64,000 nucleotides of DNA from positions 8,494,001 through 8,558,000 of the forward strand of contig OZ024758.1 of the NCBI GenBank assembly GCA_964016885.1, written 5' to 3'. Both the position numbers and the translations under genes were made by a program. Every line of letters begins with the position of its first letter. The first letter of the stretch is position 1. The notes under the pieces are model-generated. The model did no database searches. It saw only the letters and a program-made list of their open reading frames with translations, and was not told the origin of the DNA. Shown here one piece after another: positions 24,854-39,414 of this stretch. Source of the DNA: Eledone cirrhosa (Eukaryota).

Positions 24854-25016
24854 ATTATAAAGTCGTATGATGCTATTTTCCACAACATTGCTTTTAACAT
24901 CAACAATGGTGACTTCTGTGATACAATACACAAATACATACATTCCCAACACATGCATATATATATATATGATATATTAAATTCCTCCAAAGATATCTAT
25001 TTTTAAAAATGTATAC

Positions 25017-25075
25017 CCGCGACCTCATCAGGCGTAAATTGCATAATAGAGGTATACCAACGGAATGGTGGTAAG
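25017..25075 (-). CDS. Candidate exon (59 nt, phase 1-0): (P)YHHSVGIPLLCNLRLMRSR
   Basis: Long polypyrimidine acceptor tttcctctttgtttctctttgcttgtttccttaaag, donor CGG|gtatac; a second frame (LPPFRWYTSIMQFTPDEVA) is also open. Confidence 0.5.
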
Positions 25076-25182
25076 CTTTAAGGAAACAAGCAAAGAGAAA
25101 CAAAGAGGAAAAAGTGTGTGCTATGCTTTTGACCCAGAGACAGACGTAGTAACATGCTGACACATTGCTCTTCCGCTTCTGA

Positions 25183-25250
<68 letters not shown>

Positions 25251-25504
25251 ATGTATATATTACATGTATATTATATTATATACGAACGAATGAAAAGAGC
25301 AATCAACACATCTATATTAACATTTTATCTTAACACTGGATTATCACCAGTTTCAAGACGAAGACATATCTAAATCATCAGGTCCATTTGAGAAATATAT
25401 ATATACATACATACATATGTATATATATATATATATTGCATGGAGAACAGTGGAAATAATTATAATGATTAAACGATATATGTAACCTCAGCATCTTATT
25501 TTGT

Positions 25505-25536
<32 letters not shown>

Positions 25537-25914
25537 CATACATGTATGTGTATATATATATACATGTATGCATGTGTGTGTGTGTGAGAGAGAGAGAGAA
25601 TATATTTTAAGCGTTAAACTAATATATTTCTTCAATGTACTGTATCGTTTGCTTTGTTATTTCTATACACTTTTTACACACACACACACGCACACGCACA
25701 CGCACACGCACAAAGAGAAGAGAAGTTGTTATGAAACTGATCAAATAATATACACTATAGGAATGGAATGGAGCCGAAATATTATTTGTTATAAAACTGC
25801 CAGAGATAACACCTTACAGAACATATAAAAAGAAGAGATATACCTTCTTACAAATCTTTTTTTACTGCATTTGTTTCTTCGTTCTTTCTTACACATAGAT
25901 ACTCAGCCACACAC

Positions 25915-27345
<1,431 letters not shown>

Positions 27346-27924
27346 TATTAAAGTTAATACATGCGTTAAAGCAACTCTCTGGTGTTAGGAAAAGAATGTT
27401 TTCGGCGAAGGAGGTTGGAAAGGAAAATGCAATAATCACACATTGTGTTGAGTAAAACCATAAATATAGTTAAACAACTGTTAGGCCTCTCGAATGTTCT
27501 ATCATTTCACATATATTTCTCTCTCTCTATCATAAAGTACAATGATTTCAAGCTGACACAGAGTTTTCTTTCCTCATATAACTTTAATATGTGCCTATCA
27601 CATTTAAAGTTATGTATTGCGACGACAGTCTTTTTCAACTTTTCTCTTCAAATTATATATTTTTATATACATATATATGTATATATATACGTGTTTGTAT
27701 ATATTTAAGTATCTATTTAAGTATATATTTATGTATATATGTATATATGTATATATTTATGTATCTATTTAAGTATATATTTAAGTATATATGTATATAT
27801 GTATATATATATATATATATATAAGTATTGAAGTTTCCGTTGAAAATTGAAAAAGTCATAGGAGTGAAGAGTGCTCTATGTAAGTACCAGAGCTAAATTT
27901 AATGTATAATAAACAATACAATAT

Positions 27925-28002
27925 AATTACCTCATTACCAGAGGTTTCCCGAATAAGACGAATATGAAAAACGTCCTCATTCGTTCATCAGACAAGGCAA
28001 TT
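27925..28002 (-). ncRNA. Type I hammerhead ribozyme motif
   Basis: Minus strand aattgccttgt CTGATGA a cgaatgaggacg tttttcatatt cgtcttattcg g GAAA cc tct gg TA atgaggtaatt: 11-bp stem I, 11-bp stem II, ACC/GGT stem III, GUA site; A.G mismatch at base of stem II. Confidence 0.75.
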
Positions 28003-28106
28003 TAAAACATAGTGAAATATTTGAAAAATCTCCTCAAGAAAGACAAGAGTTTAACGGGCAAAAAATTATATATATATATGTATGTATATATTTAAGTATA
28101 TATGTA

Positions 28107-28149
<43 letters not shown>

Positions 28150-28894
28150 GTATATATATGTGTGTGTGTAGTGAAAGAGTGAAGAATAAGATGGTCAACA
28201 GTACAAAAAGGGTTTTATTTACAGTATTAAAAATTGTTTCATTGATTAGGATGTCTAAAGATTGCTAATCACTTGAAGTTGTGTTACTCAATCTTAAATA
28301 CAGTGTATGCCTAATCAAATCATCGGAATAACTGACAAAATTACACTCGATAATTGTATTTATATTACGGAGAATACAAATAACAACATCAATAATAAAG
28401 AAAGAAAAAGAAAAAGAAAAAGAAAAAGAAAAAGAAAAAGAAAAAGAAAAAGAAAAAGTAAAAGAAAAAATAATAAAGAAATTAGAATGAAGATGATAAA
28501 AAATAAGTAAAAAAATATATACGTGAAAAAAAATATATGAACATAATATGATTGCCTATTGCAGCCAACATAGAATTAACATAAAATTAACTATAGAAGA
28601 ATCTCTAATGAAAATATTGGAATATAGGAATTGTTGATGAGATAGAAATCCTTCAAGTTGGTAAACTGAAGAAAGCTTGGGAACCATCCCTGGCCTTAAT
28701 AATTAGCCAGTTGGCACCAAGCTGTTCGTAGTGGTAGAGAGCAAAAAGCCAAGGTACTACATGTGTGCTTTACATCTTTCCGGGGTCGACAAAATAAATG
28801 CGAGTCAAACACTGGGTCAATATAATCGACTATCCTTATCCTCAAATTACTGACCTTGTACCTAAATAAGAAACTATTCTTATTACTATAAATG

Positions 28895-29215
28895 GGCGGT
28901 GTGATTCAAAAAGCCAGTACAATGCGGTAAAAATATATAAAGAACAATGGATGACAAATAGACCAAAACAAAGTAATGCTTTACTCAGTGTATTCCAACA
29001 TATTTCAGGACTATTACCCTCTTTTTGAATGTGAAACGGAAATGTTTCAAAACAAAAATATCATTCGTTTTTGTTTTGAACCGTTTCACATTTGAAAAGG
29101 GGCTTATAGCCCTGAAATATCTTGGAATATACTGAGTAAAACATTACTTTGATTTGTTTTGTCATCATTTGCCCTTTATATATTTCTACCACATTGTATC
29201 GGCTTTTGTAAACTA
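28895..29215. mobile_element. ~320-bp imperfect palindrome with decayed hammerhead cores (Penelope-like relic)
   Basis: Arms caaagtaatgctttactcagtgtattccaacatatttcagg / cctgaaatatcttggaatatactgagtaaaacattactttg; ttgaaaa-ggggc-ttata-gccct-gaaa resembles the 23213 core. Confidence 0.65.
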
Positions 29216-29510
29216 ATCCGTGTTTTATACATATCTCACAATGCTTTGTATTAACTATACTACATTATTATTGTTGTTGTGTTGCTTTGATGTGTTTTCA
29301 AACGTACCAAACAGTATTTTTATTACAATATCACAAGTTTAATACTGACCGTAGGTCTAGAGCAAAATTGTTAGGGAACTAGTGATAGTCTGCATCGGCG
29401 AATATCATTTAATAACACTCGTAAATATAAGAAAAGTCCGTATGTCATGAAAATAGCATTCTTCTGATGTTTTTAACATCTTCAGCTAAATTTTATCGTT
29501 GCGTACTTAC

Positions 29511-29565
29511 GAAACACGCGATTGACGTCCATCTTGAATGTCTTTACATCAGAAGAAAGCGTATT
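29511..29565 (-). CDS. Candidate exon (55 nt, phase 0-1): NTLSSDVKTFKMDVNRVF
   Basis: Acceptor ctcttctttactag, donor gtaagt, single open frame. Confidence 0.6.
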
Positions 29566-29804
29566 CTAGTAAAGAAGAGTTGGAAAATGCTTTCAAATAG
29601 AAAGCAATGTAACAACATCGAGTGAATTTAAATGGAGATAGTATAGACCTGGAAAGTTCAGAGAAACATGATATCATAGTAGCGGTAGAGAAGAGAGTCG
29701 TTTGTAAGTTCTTTGAGAAACAAACGACTTTCGCTTATTTAAATTATTTCCTCTGCCAACCAGTGTACAATCTTGTAAATCAACAATGCTTTTCTCACTA
29801 ATAC

Positions 29805-29834
29805 CTCGGCAAGTTCAGCGAAGACTCTGCTTTG
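29805..29834 (-). CDS. Candidate micro-exon (30 nt, phase 0-0): QSRVFAELAE
   Basis: Acceptor ttatgatctcatcag, donor GAG|gtatta; symmetric so optional. Confidence 0.3.
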
Positions 29835-30599
29835 CTGATGAGATCATAATAAGCTCGAAACAAATCGCGAGTTTCCTCCATTAGATACCAAAAGAAAATT
29901 AAAATAATTGTTTCTACTTTTGACACAAGACCAGCAATTATCCCAGTGCATTACTGGTACTTTATTTTATCGACCTCGTAAAAATAATATTAGTCATTCA
30001 CTAATATTTCTTTTTCCCTCGTTACATAATTATTTCTAGTTTGGATTTTAATGCCCACCCGCCCCTACATTAAATATCTTAACATTATTCTTCGCCATCA
30101 TCTTCGCCGTTGTGTTCGTCTTTTTCGTCTTCGTCTTATTTCAGAGAGAGTCGTGTGGGACAGATTCCTCAATCACTCTTTATGTTAACATTAATTTAAA
30201 TATTCTATTTATGTAGTTGAAGGTGATGGTATATATGTTTCAAAGTTATTGGCAACATCAATGTGAACTTGCCTAGAAAAGTATTAAAATCATTCAGCAA
30301 ACGACTCACTCAATAGAACAATAATTTCATATTTCTGCAGACTTCAGAGAAATAATCAGTTTTGAAGAATTAACTCCAGAATTTTAATAACAGGAACAAA
30401 CACACACACATGCGCATATGCATAATATGAGTATATATATATATATATTGTGTGTGTGTGTTGTGTGTGTGTATGTATATACGTGTATGTATGTATATAT
30501 ATATATATTAAGAATTGATAAAAGCACACTCAATGATGAAATATGCCAGTTGTTTGCAAGTGAAATTAGTATGCTTCGCTGTAATGCAATATAACTCAC

Positions 30600-30638
30600 T
30601 GCAGAATGGTGCGTCCTCCCGCTACGAAACCTTATTGT
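30600..30638 (-). CDS. Candidate micro-exon (39 nt, phase 0-0): TIRFRSGRTHHSA
   Basis: Acceptor ttctaacag, donor gtgagt, single open frame. Confidence 0.6.
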
Positions 30639-30707
30639 CTGTTAGAATTCAACAATAGCTCCATCAAATGGTTATCACGTAGGCAGGAAGGCAGATATGA
30701 AACTCAC

Positions 30708-30767
30708 CCCGTCACAGACAATTATGTCAGAGGACTGCCAAAAGTGAATTCTCGAGGTGTTACTGGC
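30708..30767 (-). CDS. Candidate exon (60 nt, phase 0-0): ASNTSRIHFWQSSDIIVCDG
   Basis: Acceptor tttcgttgcag, donor GGG|gtgagt, 69-nt intron to next exon, single open frame. Confidence 0.6.
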
Positions 30768-30968
30768 CTGCAACGAAATCCTTGGGACCTTTTTCTATTG
30801 GTCCTTCCAGGAATTTCTTATGCATAACTAAATAGAATTGATAGTATAAGAAGAACTGGGTTGGGGGTATAGAGCAGCTGAATCTAATAAGTGCCGTCTT
30901 AACATGTCAAGTGAAATCTTGCCTAAGTTTGAGCGTTACTTCGATGTAATGAATTAATTATAAACTAC

Positions 30969-31065
30969 GAAATGCTCGACAGAAAGGCGAAGTAGTTCTG
31001 TGTAAGCAACTGACAAAGTTATTGACCCCCAAACGCTTTTGGATAAGAATTCTTGCAGCTCCATG
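30969..31065 (-). CDS. Weak candidate exon (97 nt, phase 2-0): MELQEFLSKSVWGSITLSVAYTELLRLSVEHF
   Basis: Acceptor gttgcttttag, donor gtagtt; two frames open so ambiguous. Confidence 0.3.
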
Positions 31066-31649
31066 CTAAAAGCAACATTTACTGACAGTTTATATGTAAA
31101 ATAAAGCACAATATTAATAGGGAAAATACGAAAACAAAGAAAATCAGCAAAAATAAAAATATTTATATTTAAAAACATTCACTACATACATGCATACTTA
31201 CATTTCAGAATAGATAGCACACAATCTACACAGATAGACATATGTATATAATTCAATTAGTACACGTAATCACACACACACGCACGCACGCACGCACACA
31301 CACGCACGCACGCACGCACGCACGCACTCACTCACTCACTCACTCACGCACTCACTCACGCACTCACTCACGCACTCACTCACTCACTCACTCACTCACT
31401 CACTCACTCACTCACTCACGCACGCACGCACGCACTCACTCACTCACTCACTCACTCACTCACTCACTCACTCACTCTCTCTCTCTCACTCTCACATGTA
31501 TGTATGTATCCGTATATAGTTGACGGACGGGAGAAAAAGTACTCAATACCGAAGTAGTTTAAATATTCATTTATTACGGCTAAGTAGTGAGTCCTGTTAT
31601 TCCGGAGTTTCACCACAATAAATGAATCTACCTATCTAGGGCGGGTAAA

Positions 31650-31980
31650 ATTCCCGAGATCCATGGACGAGTTCACTCCAGCGGTCTCTGTCCCTCGTTA
31701 TCGCTGCCATGTCCTGCGTCTCCAACAGACCAGTGTCTGTCCTTAGGGCATCAACATACGTTAACCTTGGTCTTCCTCTTCCAGTGTGTCCATGCAGGGG
31801 CTCTCACGGGAGCATTGAGTGTAGTGTCAACTCTGGATGTCGGGTGAGCATGGAATTAGTTGAGGACTTCCTGTATTTGGGAGCAAAGATTGGGAATACG
31901 GAAGATGATGTGGTTGAGAGGAAGAGCAAAGCCTGGGCGGCGTGCCACAGTTTGTGATCGGTGTGGAAGTCGTACCTTCG
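31650..31980. mobile_element. RTE-like LINE fragment with inverted 5' part
   Basis: Minus 31655-31810 EPLHGHTGRGRPRLTYVDALRTDTGL..RDRDRW; plus 31820-31980 MELVEDFLYLGAKI..DVVERKSKAWAACHSL. Confidence 0.7.
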
Positions 31981-32004
31981 TGAATAAATGAATATATATA
32001 TCGT

Positions 32005-32222
32005 CAGTCGATCGACTTTTTTGTCAAATCGGACCTAGGAAACGATGTTTCCATTGGTCTTTCTAATTGCTAATACTCTCTATCGGTCGCAACTCCAGGT
32101 AGAAGGAGCAACGTGAAATAAAGTGTCTTGCCCAAGGACATAACGCATCGCCTGGTCCGGGAATAGAACTCACAACCTCACGATTGCGTATCCAATTCTC
32201 TAACCACTCAGCCACGCGCCTC
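32005..32222 (-). mobile_element. CORE-like tRNA SINE
   Basis: Reverse complement of 51614-51800; partial copy at 46365-46505. Confidence 0.8.
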
Positions 32223-32343
32223 TACAGACACACACACACACACACACAATGCATGAAATGTGTGTGCGTTCTTGCACGCGTGTGTGTGTGTATGTGTAAC
32301 TGCATAACAATAATATGTATACTAATTTACATACACGTCCGCA

Positions 32344-32426
<83 letters not shown>

Positions 32427-32788
32427 GGAAACAATGAAACGAAATTTCATTTCCCACTCTTAGTACGGCTGTTACTTAAATATAAGTATGTACACGTACA
32501 TACATATATGTATACAGACGTACAGTAGTATGTATATATATATACATACATGCACACATATATATATATGACACTACGGCTTAATACGGGATGTTTGTTT
32601 ACAAACACACCGAGCATTATAATAAATGTTCGGTGAATCCATACGTACATATAAATATGTGTGCATGTATGTATATATATATATATATATACATACTACT
32701 GTACGTATGTATACATATATGTATGTACGTGTACATACTTATATATATATATATATATATACACATATGTATATATATATATATACAC

Positions 32789-32826
<38 letters not shown>

Positions 32827-32827
32827 G

Positions 32828-32933
<106 letters not shown>

Positions 32934-33544
32934 TATACATATATATACATATGTATACACATATATACATATATATACATATATACATATGTATATATGT
33001 ATATATATACATATATATACATATATACATATGTATATATATACATATATACATATATATATAAATATACAAACGCAAGCAGAGATACAGCTATACACAC
33101 ATATACACACATGCAAATAAAAAAAGAGAGACATAATACACAGCCAGCACCCACGAATAAAACCAAGTTTGATATTTTTATTGGCGAATATATTTAAAAC
33201 AAGGATGGATTTTATATTGAAAATAAGATATTTGACTCTTAAAAAGTGAAATTTCGGGAACCATTAAACTGTCAATGTATAGATAGAGGTGTATAGCTGT
33301 GGATGGTGTAGCTAAGGATGGTGATGCTGGGGTGGGGTGGGTGGGGGGTTGTAGTTAAGGATGGTGATGCTGGGAGGGTTGTAGTTAAGGATGGTGATGC
33401 TGGGGGGGGGGGGGGGGGGGGGGGGTTGTAGATAGAGGTGTATAGTTGTGGAAGATGTACCTAAGGATGGTGATGCTGGGAGGGTTGTAGCTAAGCATGG
33501 TGATGCTGGGAGGGTTAGAGACTTTAGTGATATATATTCCATTT

Positions 33545-34460
33545 ATTATCATTATTATTATTATTATTGTTCTTTGAGTCTCAGTCATTGATGTTATTTA
33601 ACTGGAAAGTTTGTTGAAATGAATATCAACCCACTACCTGCAGCCTCAGACATTCAGGACGTATCGGAGGATTCTTGCTGTTCCCAGCAAGCATGCCTTT
33701 TGAAGCGTTCCAAAAAGCGGGGCTGGACTAATTTTCTTTAACCATCCTTGGAAACTCTTTGAGATAGTACCTAGTGCTCCTATGACAATCGGGACGACTC
33801 TGACTTCATGGCAGTTCCAAATCCTTTTTAAATCCTGGTATCAGTTAAATTTCTCCCTCTCCTTTTCTTGCACTCTCGTGTCAAATGGGCAGGCTACATC
33901 TACAATCAGGCACAATCTTTTTTGCTTGTCCAAAACCACCAGGTCTAATTTCTTGTCCGTCTGTATCCTAAAATCCCACAGCACCTTCACCTGATCGTTT
34001 TCTATCACCGACTCTGGCTTATGCCCATACCACTTCTCAGAATGTGGTAAATTCTTTACTTTGCATAGATGCCAGTGAATCACCCTGCCTATCACATCAT
34101 GTCTCCAGCCTTTAAAATGAGTCCGGGCTAGGTGTTTACACTCGGATACAATGTGAACCACAGTCTCCTTTCTCTCATCACAGATCCTACACAGTGAGCT
34201 AGCCTCCTCCTTGTTAATATGGTGTTTCACCTACTTCGTTCTGAGGGCTTGCTCTTGCGCAGCCATTAGCATTCCTTCTGTAGCTTTTTAAGGTCACCTC
34301 TTTTTAACCAGTTCCATGTCTGTGCATCTCTAAATTCCGTTTTCTTAAAGAAGGTGCTATGAAGGGATTTTTCATGAAGGCTTCCCTTCCTCCTTGTTGT
34401 GTCCTAACTAGTCGTGTTCTTTCTGTTTCTGTGAAGTCCAGCTTCTCAAGATATGTACTG
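33545..34460 (-). mobile_element. R4/Dong-clade LINE 3' part (CCHC knuckle plus restriction-like endonuclease) ending in (TAA)n
   Basis: AAQEQALRT..CRICDERKETVVHIVSEC..RHD..IHWHLC..KVLWDFRIQTD..DLVVLD..LIVDVACPFD, then VPIVIGALG and KACLLGTARILR; aataat tail. Confidence 0.9.
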
Positions 34461-34489
34461 AGGCAGTTACTAACATATCCCAGTGACCC

Positions 34490-34745
34490 AATAATTACAG
34501 GTATAAATCATATATGAACATTTATCCTGGCCAAACACCATTCCTATATCCTTTGAGAACATTATAACCAGATTAAGATTTTTCTTCATCCTATTTATGT
34601 TCTTGGCATAGAGTTTCAGGTCATCCACAAAGAAATTATGGGTTAAGTTCGTATTTCTGTCCTCCTGCAAGACAATGATGTATCCTTCAAAAGGACAAGG
34701 AGTTTAATGACAGGATTAATAGTAACACAGAGAGACTGTTTCTTT
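34490..34745 (-). mobile_element. R4/Dong-like RT fragment
   Basis: THNFFVDDLKLYAKN..FSKDIGMVFGQDKC. Confidence 0.8.
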
Positions 34746-35044
34746 GAAGTATGTATGTATGTGTATATGTATGTATGTATGTATATATGTATGTATGTAC
34801 GTTTAAACATACATCTTCATTACATAGATATATGTATTAATGTTCAGGCACGTATTACAGAGAGATATAGAGAGATATAGAGAGAGATAGAGAGAGAGAG
34901 TACACAGTCATCACCAGTTAATAAAACGAAGTTTGATATTTTTATTGACGAATATATTTAAAAGAATAACGGATTTTATATAGAAAATCAGATATTTGAT
35001 TCTTAAAAAGTGAAAATTGGAAAGTGGTGTGTATAACTGTTGAA

Positions 35045-35736
35045 TGTGTAGTGAGGGTGTGGTGATAGTGGGAGTGTGGTTAGATATGGTTGTTGTTGTT
35101 GTTGTTATGGTGATGGGGGCGTTAGTGGTTGTGGTGGTAATGGTGGTGGTGGTTGTGGGGGTGGTGTTAGTGGTGGTGGTGTTAGTGGTGGTGGTGTTAG
35201 TGGCGGTGGTGTTAGTGGTGGTGGTGGTGGTGGTGGCGGTGGTGGTGGTGTTAGTGGCGGTGGTGTTAGTGGCGGTGGTGGTGGTGTTAGTGGTGGTGGT
35301 GTTAGTGGCGGTGGTGGTGGTGGTAGTGGTGGTGGCGGTGGTGTTAGTGGCGGTGGTGGTGGTGGTAGTGGCGGTGGTGGTGGTGGTAGTGGCGGTGGTG
35401 GTGGTGGTAGTGGCGGTGGTGGTGGCGGCGGTGGTGGTGGTGGTGGTGGCGGTGGTGATGACATGGCTGTTTACAGCATGCAATGATCTAAGTAATAACA
35501 CTTGGTAAGTAATAAACTTACATGTGTGAGATATCTGACAGCTTCTGCAAGTTTATACTGCATATCTATATATGGATATGTGTGTACGTCTATGTACGTA
35601 TGTATGTGTACGTACGTATGTATGTATTTGCATGAATGTATGTATGTATGTGTATATGTATGCATGTATGTATGTATGCATGCATGTATGTATATGTATG
35701 TATGTACGTATGTATGTACGTATGCATGTATGTATG

Positions 35737-35768
<32 letters not shown>

Positions 35769-36140
35769 TGTACGTATGCATGTATGTATGTAAATGTATG
35801 TATGTATATATGTATGTATGTATATGTATGCATGTATGTGTATGTGTATGTATATATGTATGTATGTTTGTATGTATGTTTGTATATGTATGTTTGTATG
35901 TGTATGTATGTAAGTATGTATGTGTATGTATGTATGTATGTATGTTTGTATATGTATATGTATGTATGATATGTATGTGTATGTATGTATGTATGTATGT
36001 ATGTATGTATGTATGTATGTTTATATATGTATATGTATGTATGTATGTGTATGTATGTATGTATGTATGTTTGTATATGTATGTGTGTGTCTGTATATAT
36101 GTATGTATGTGTGTGTATGTGTATGTATGTATGTATGTAT
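35045..36140. repeat. (GGT)n tract followed by (GTAT)n tract
   Basis: Simple repeats. Confidence 0.95.
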
Positions 36141-36229
36141 GAGCAGATATGTACTTAGTATATGTATTTTGTGTGTGACAAGCGCGTGTCTGTCTGTTTT
36201 GATACGTAAAACATTAGCAACAAAATAAT

Positions 36230-36375
36230 TGTTTCTACTATTGGCACAAGGCCAGCAATTACCCAGTACATTACTGGTACTTTATTTTATCGACCCCGTA
36301 AATGATGAAAGGCAAAGTTAACCTCGGCAGGATTTGAACTCAGAATGGCAAGGGCCGTAACTCTATGCGTCAAAG
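36230..36375 (-). mobile_element. 5'-truncated SINE with 18-bp TSD
   Basis: cattagcaacaaaataat on both sides. Confidence 0.85.
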
Positions 36376-36515
36376 CATTAGCAACAAAATAATAATCGCC
36401 ATTGTTAACACACGTATACTATAACAAACTCGATAACCATACATTAACATACACATATATACTTACACATGCTTACACTAGCACACATACATGTCCACAC
36501 ACATGTGCTCATATA

Positions 36516-37185
36516 CTAAGGTCAGCTGAAAAGTTCATAGGCTGACTATGAAGGAGTGATTCTAGAGCTGTGAAATCTTGCATGTATTAATTTCAACTAT
36601 TCTTATTAATAACTGCATTGTTTCTTTCCAAGGACTATGTTAAAAAATAAACCTCATTTGGTCATTCCATGAGAGTATCTTGGTCAGTCTGACTATGTCT
36701 GACTATGAAGGAGTGATGCTAGAGCTGTGAAATCTTGCATGTATTAATTTTAACTATTCTTATTAATAACTGCATTGTTTCTTTCCAAGGACTATGTTAA
36801 AAAATAAACCTCATTTGGTCATTCCATGAGAGTCTGTTGGTCAGTCTGACTATGTCTGACTATGAAGGAGTGATGCTAGGGCTGTGAAATCTTGCATGTA
36901 TTAATTTCAACTATTCTTATTAATAACTGCATTGTTTCTTTCCAAGGACTATGTTAAAAAATAAACCCCATTTGGTCATTCCATGAGAGTATCTTGGTCA
37001 GTCTGACTATGTCTGACTATGAAGGAGTGATGCTAGAGCTGTGAAATCTTGCATGTATTAATTTTAACTATTCTTATTAATAACTGCATTGTTTCTTTCC
37101 AAGGACTATGTTAAAAAATAAACCCCATTTGGTCATTCCATGAGAGTATCTTGGTCAGCCTATGAACCTTTTCAGCCGACCCTCG
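36516..37185. mobile_element. Mariner-type MITE with 4 x 157-bp internal tandem amplification
   Basis: TA flanks, TIRs c(t)aaggtcagctgaaaagttcataggctgac / gtcagcctatgaaccttttcagccgaccctcg; units start 36542, 36699, 36856, 37013. Confidence 0.9.
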
Positions 37186-37606
37186 TATTCTAATAAACTC
37201 AATAGAGAATCACACATTAGCATATACACATATACTAATTGACATGCGCGTTCTTCACACATGTCATCACATATTCTTCTTCCTTCCTGTCCTGTAACTC
37301 CCTCCTGAAGGAGAGGTGGGGCCGCCATATTGACATACGACGTTTCTAGGGTAAAACGTCAGACATGTTTTGCAGCATAGAGTTATGGCCATTTACTTTC
37401 TGAGTTCAAATCCTGTCGAGGTTAGCTTTGCTTTTCATCCTTACAGGGTCGATAAAATAAAGTACCAGTAACGCACTTGGGTCGATATGATTTTCTCCTC
37501 TCCCTACAATTGTTGGCCTTGTGCCTTAATCAGAAACCACCATTTGTGTGGGTACCATTTTATCACGTAGACAAAGACCTAACATGAATTACTCTGGATT
37601 ATAATT

Positions 37607-38078
37607 AGGATATTAACCATGATATAATTACGATATTAGCCATGATATCTTTAGGATATTAGCCGTGATATCTTTAGGATATTACCCATGATATTATTAG
37701 GATATTACCATGATATCTTTAGGATATTAGACACGATATAATTAGGATATTAGTCATAATATCTTTAGGATATTACCATGATATCTTTAGGATATTACCC
37801 ACGATATCATTGGGATGTTAGCCATGATATCTTTAGGATATTAGCCATGATATCTTTAGGATGTTAGCTGTGATACCTTTAGGATATTAGCCACGATATC
37901 TTTAGGATGTTAGACGTGATATCTTTAGGATGTTAGTCGTGATATCTTTAGGATATTAGTCATGATATCTATAGGATATTAGTCATGATATTTCTAGGAT
38001 ATTACCATGATATCTTTAGGATATTAGCCATGATATCTTTAGGATATTAGCCGTGATATCTTTAGGATATTAGCCATG
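37607..38078. repeat. 23-bp minisatellite, ~20 copies
   Basis: Unit ttaggatattagccatgatatct. Confidence 0.95.
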
Positions 38079-38264
38079 AAGTCAAACATTAACTTTCGTC
38101 AACATCTTATAGTGATAGTGCCACAACTGTTCAACATTGACTGTTGTGTAGACGGATGGCACTAAATTATGTCAGACTCTCATACAGTCTGTTCTGTATT
38201 AAAAGCTAAATTCCTAATATAGCGGGGAGAAGAGGGGAGGGAGTGACGAAAGAAAGAAAGAGAG

Positions 38265-38545
38265 GGCGAAAGAAAGAAAGAGAGAAGGCGAAAGAAAGAG
38301 AGAGAGAAGGCGAAAGAAAGAAAGAGAGAAGGCGAAAGAAAGAGAGAGAGAGAGAAGGCGAAAGAAAGAAAGAGAGAAGGCGAAAGAAAGAGAGAGAGAG
38401 AGAGAGAGAGAAGGCGAAAGAAAGAAAGAGAGAAGGCGAAAGAAAGAGAGAGAGAAGGCGAAAGAAAGAGAGATAAGCGAAAGAAAGAGAGAGAAGGTGA
38501 AAGAAAGACAAAAAGAAAGAAAGAAAGAGAGAGAGAGAAAGTGAC

Positions 38546-38580
<35 letters not shown>
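38265..38580. repeat. Purine-rich array gaaggcgaaagaaa(ga)n
   Basis: Constant motif with variable GA spacers. Confidence 0.9.
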
Positions 38581-39379
38581 CACATAAAACAAACAAAAAA
38601 GAAAGAAAGAGAAGGCAAAAAAAAGAAAGACAAGGAAGAAAGAAAGAAAGAAACTGGTGTAAAAGCTGTACAATATTGATCGGTTGCCTTTCAGTACACT
38701 AATAAAATGGCGCTTCAGCATATATCTTCATTGTTTGTGGGACTTAGGAAATAGGAATATCATGATTTGTATAACTCAACATTGTTTAGATGAAACCAAA
38801 AGTAAAGTGTGTGTATATGTAGGTAGATATGTGTGTATGTGTGTATGTATGTAGGTATGTGTGTAGGTATGTACGTATGTAGGAAGGTAGTATGGATGTA
38901 TATGTGTATGTAGGTATGTATCTATATATGTAGGTAGATAGGTATGTATGTATGTAGGTATGTATGTATGTATGTATGTATGTATGTATGTATGTATGTA
39001 TGTATGTATGTATGTATGTATGTATGTATGTAGGTAGGTTGGTATAGATGTATGTATATGTGTGTGTATGTGTGTGCGTATGTATACATGTATGTAAGTA
39101 GGTAGGTATAGATGTATGTATATATGTATGTAGGTATATAAGTATATATATATATATATATATGTGTGTGTATGTATGTGTGTGTATATACGTCTTTGTC
39201 TCGAAAATATGTTAAATAAAGAAGGTAAAAAATATCTACATAATTTTTTCTTCTCTCTTTTAGTATGAAAATAGTCGTAAAATCTAATAGATTTCCTTGA
39301 AGCTATGTTAAGGATGTAAATCTAGGCACATTATACAGTTTTAAGTAGGTTTCCTAGCACTTCTGCTAGAAGATAATAC

Positions 39380-39414
39380 CGCAAGGAATTGAACGGATCG
39401 GCCATATTTCCAAA
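39380..39414 (-). CDS. Weak candidate micro-exon (35 nt), possibly FGNMADPFNSL(R)
   Basis: Acceptor cttgttttattttatgatttgatag, donor gtatta; all frames open. Confidence 0.25.

Noticed and set aside
29830-29870. Hammerhead-like ctgatgag...ctcgaaac on plus strand
   Set aside because: Stem II only 2 bp and no stem I/III pairing; may be a splice acceptor on the opposite strand
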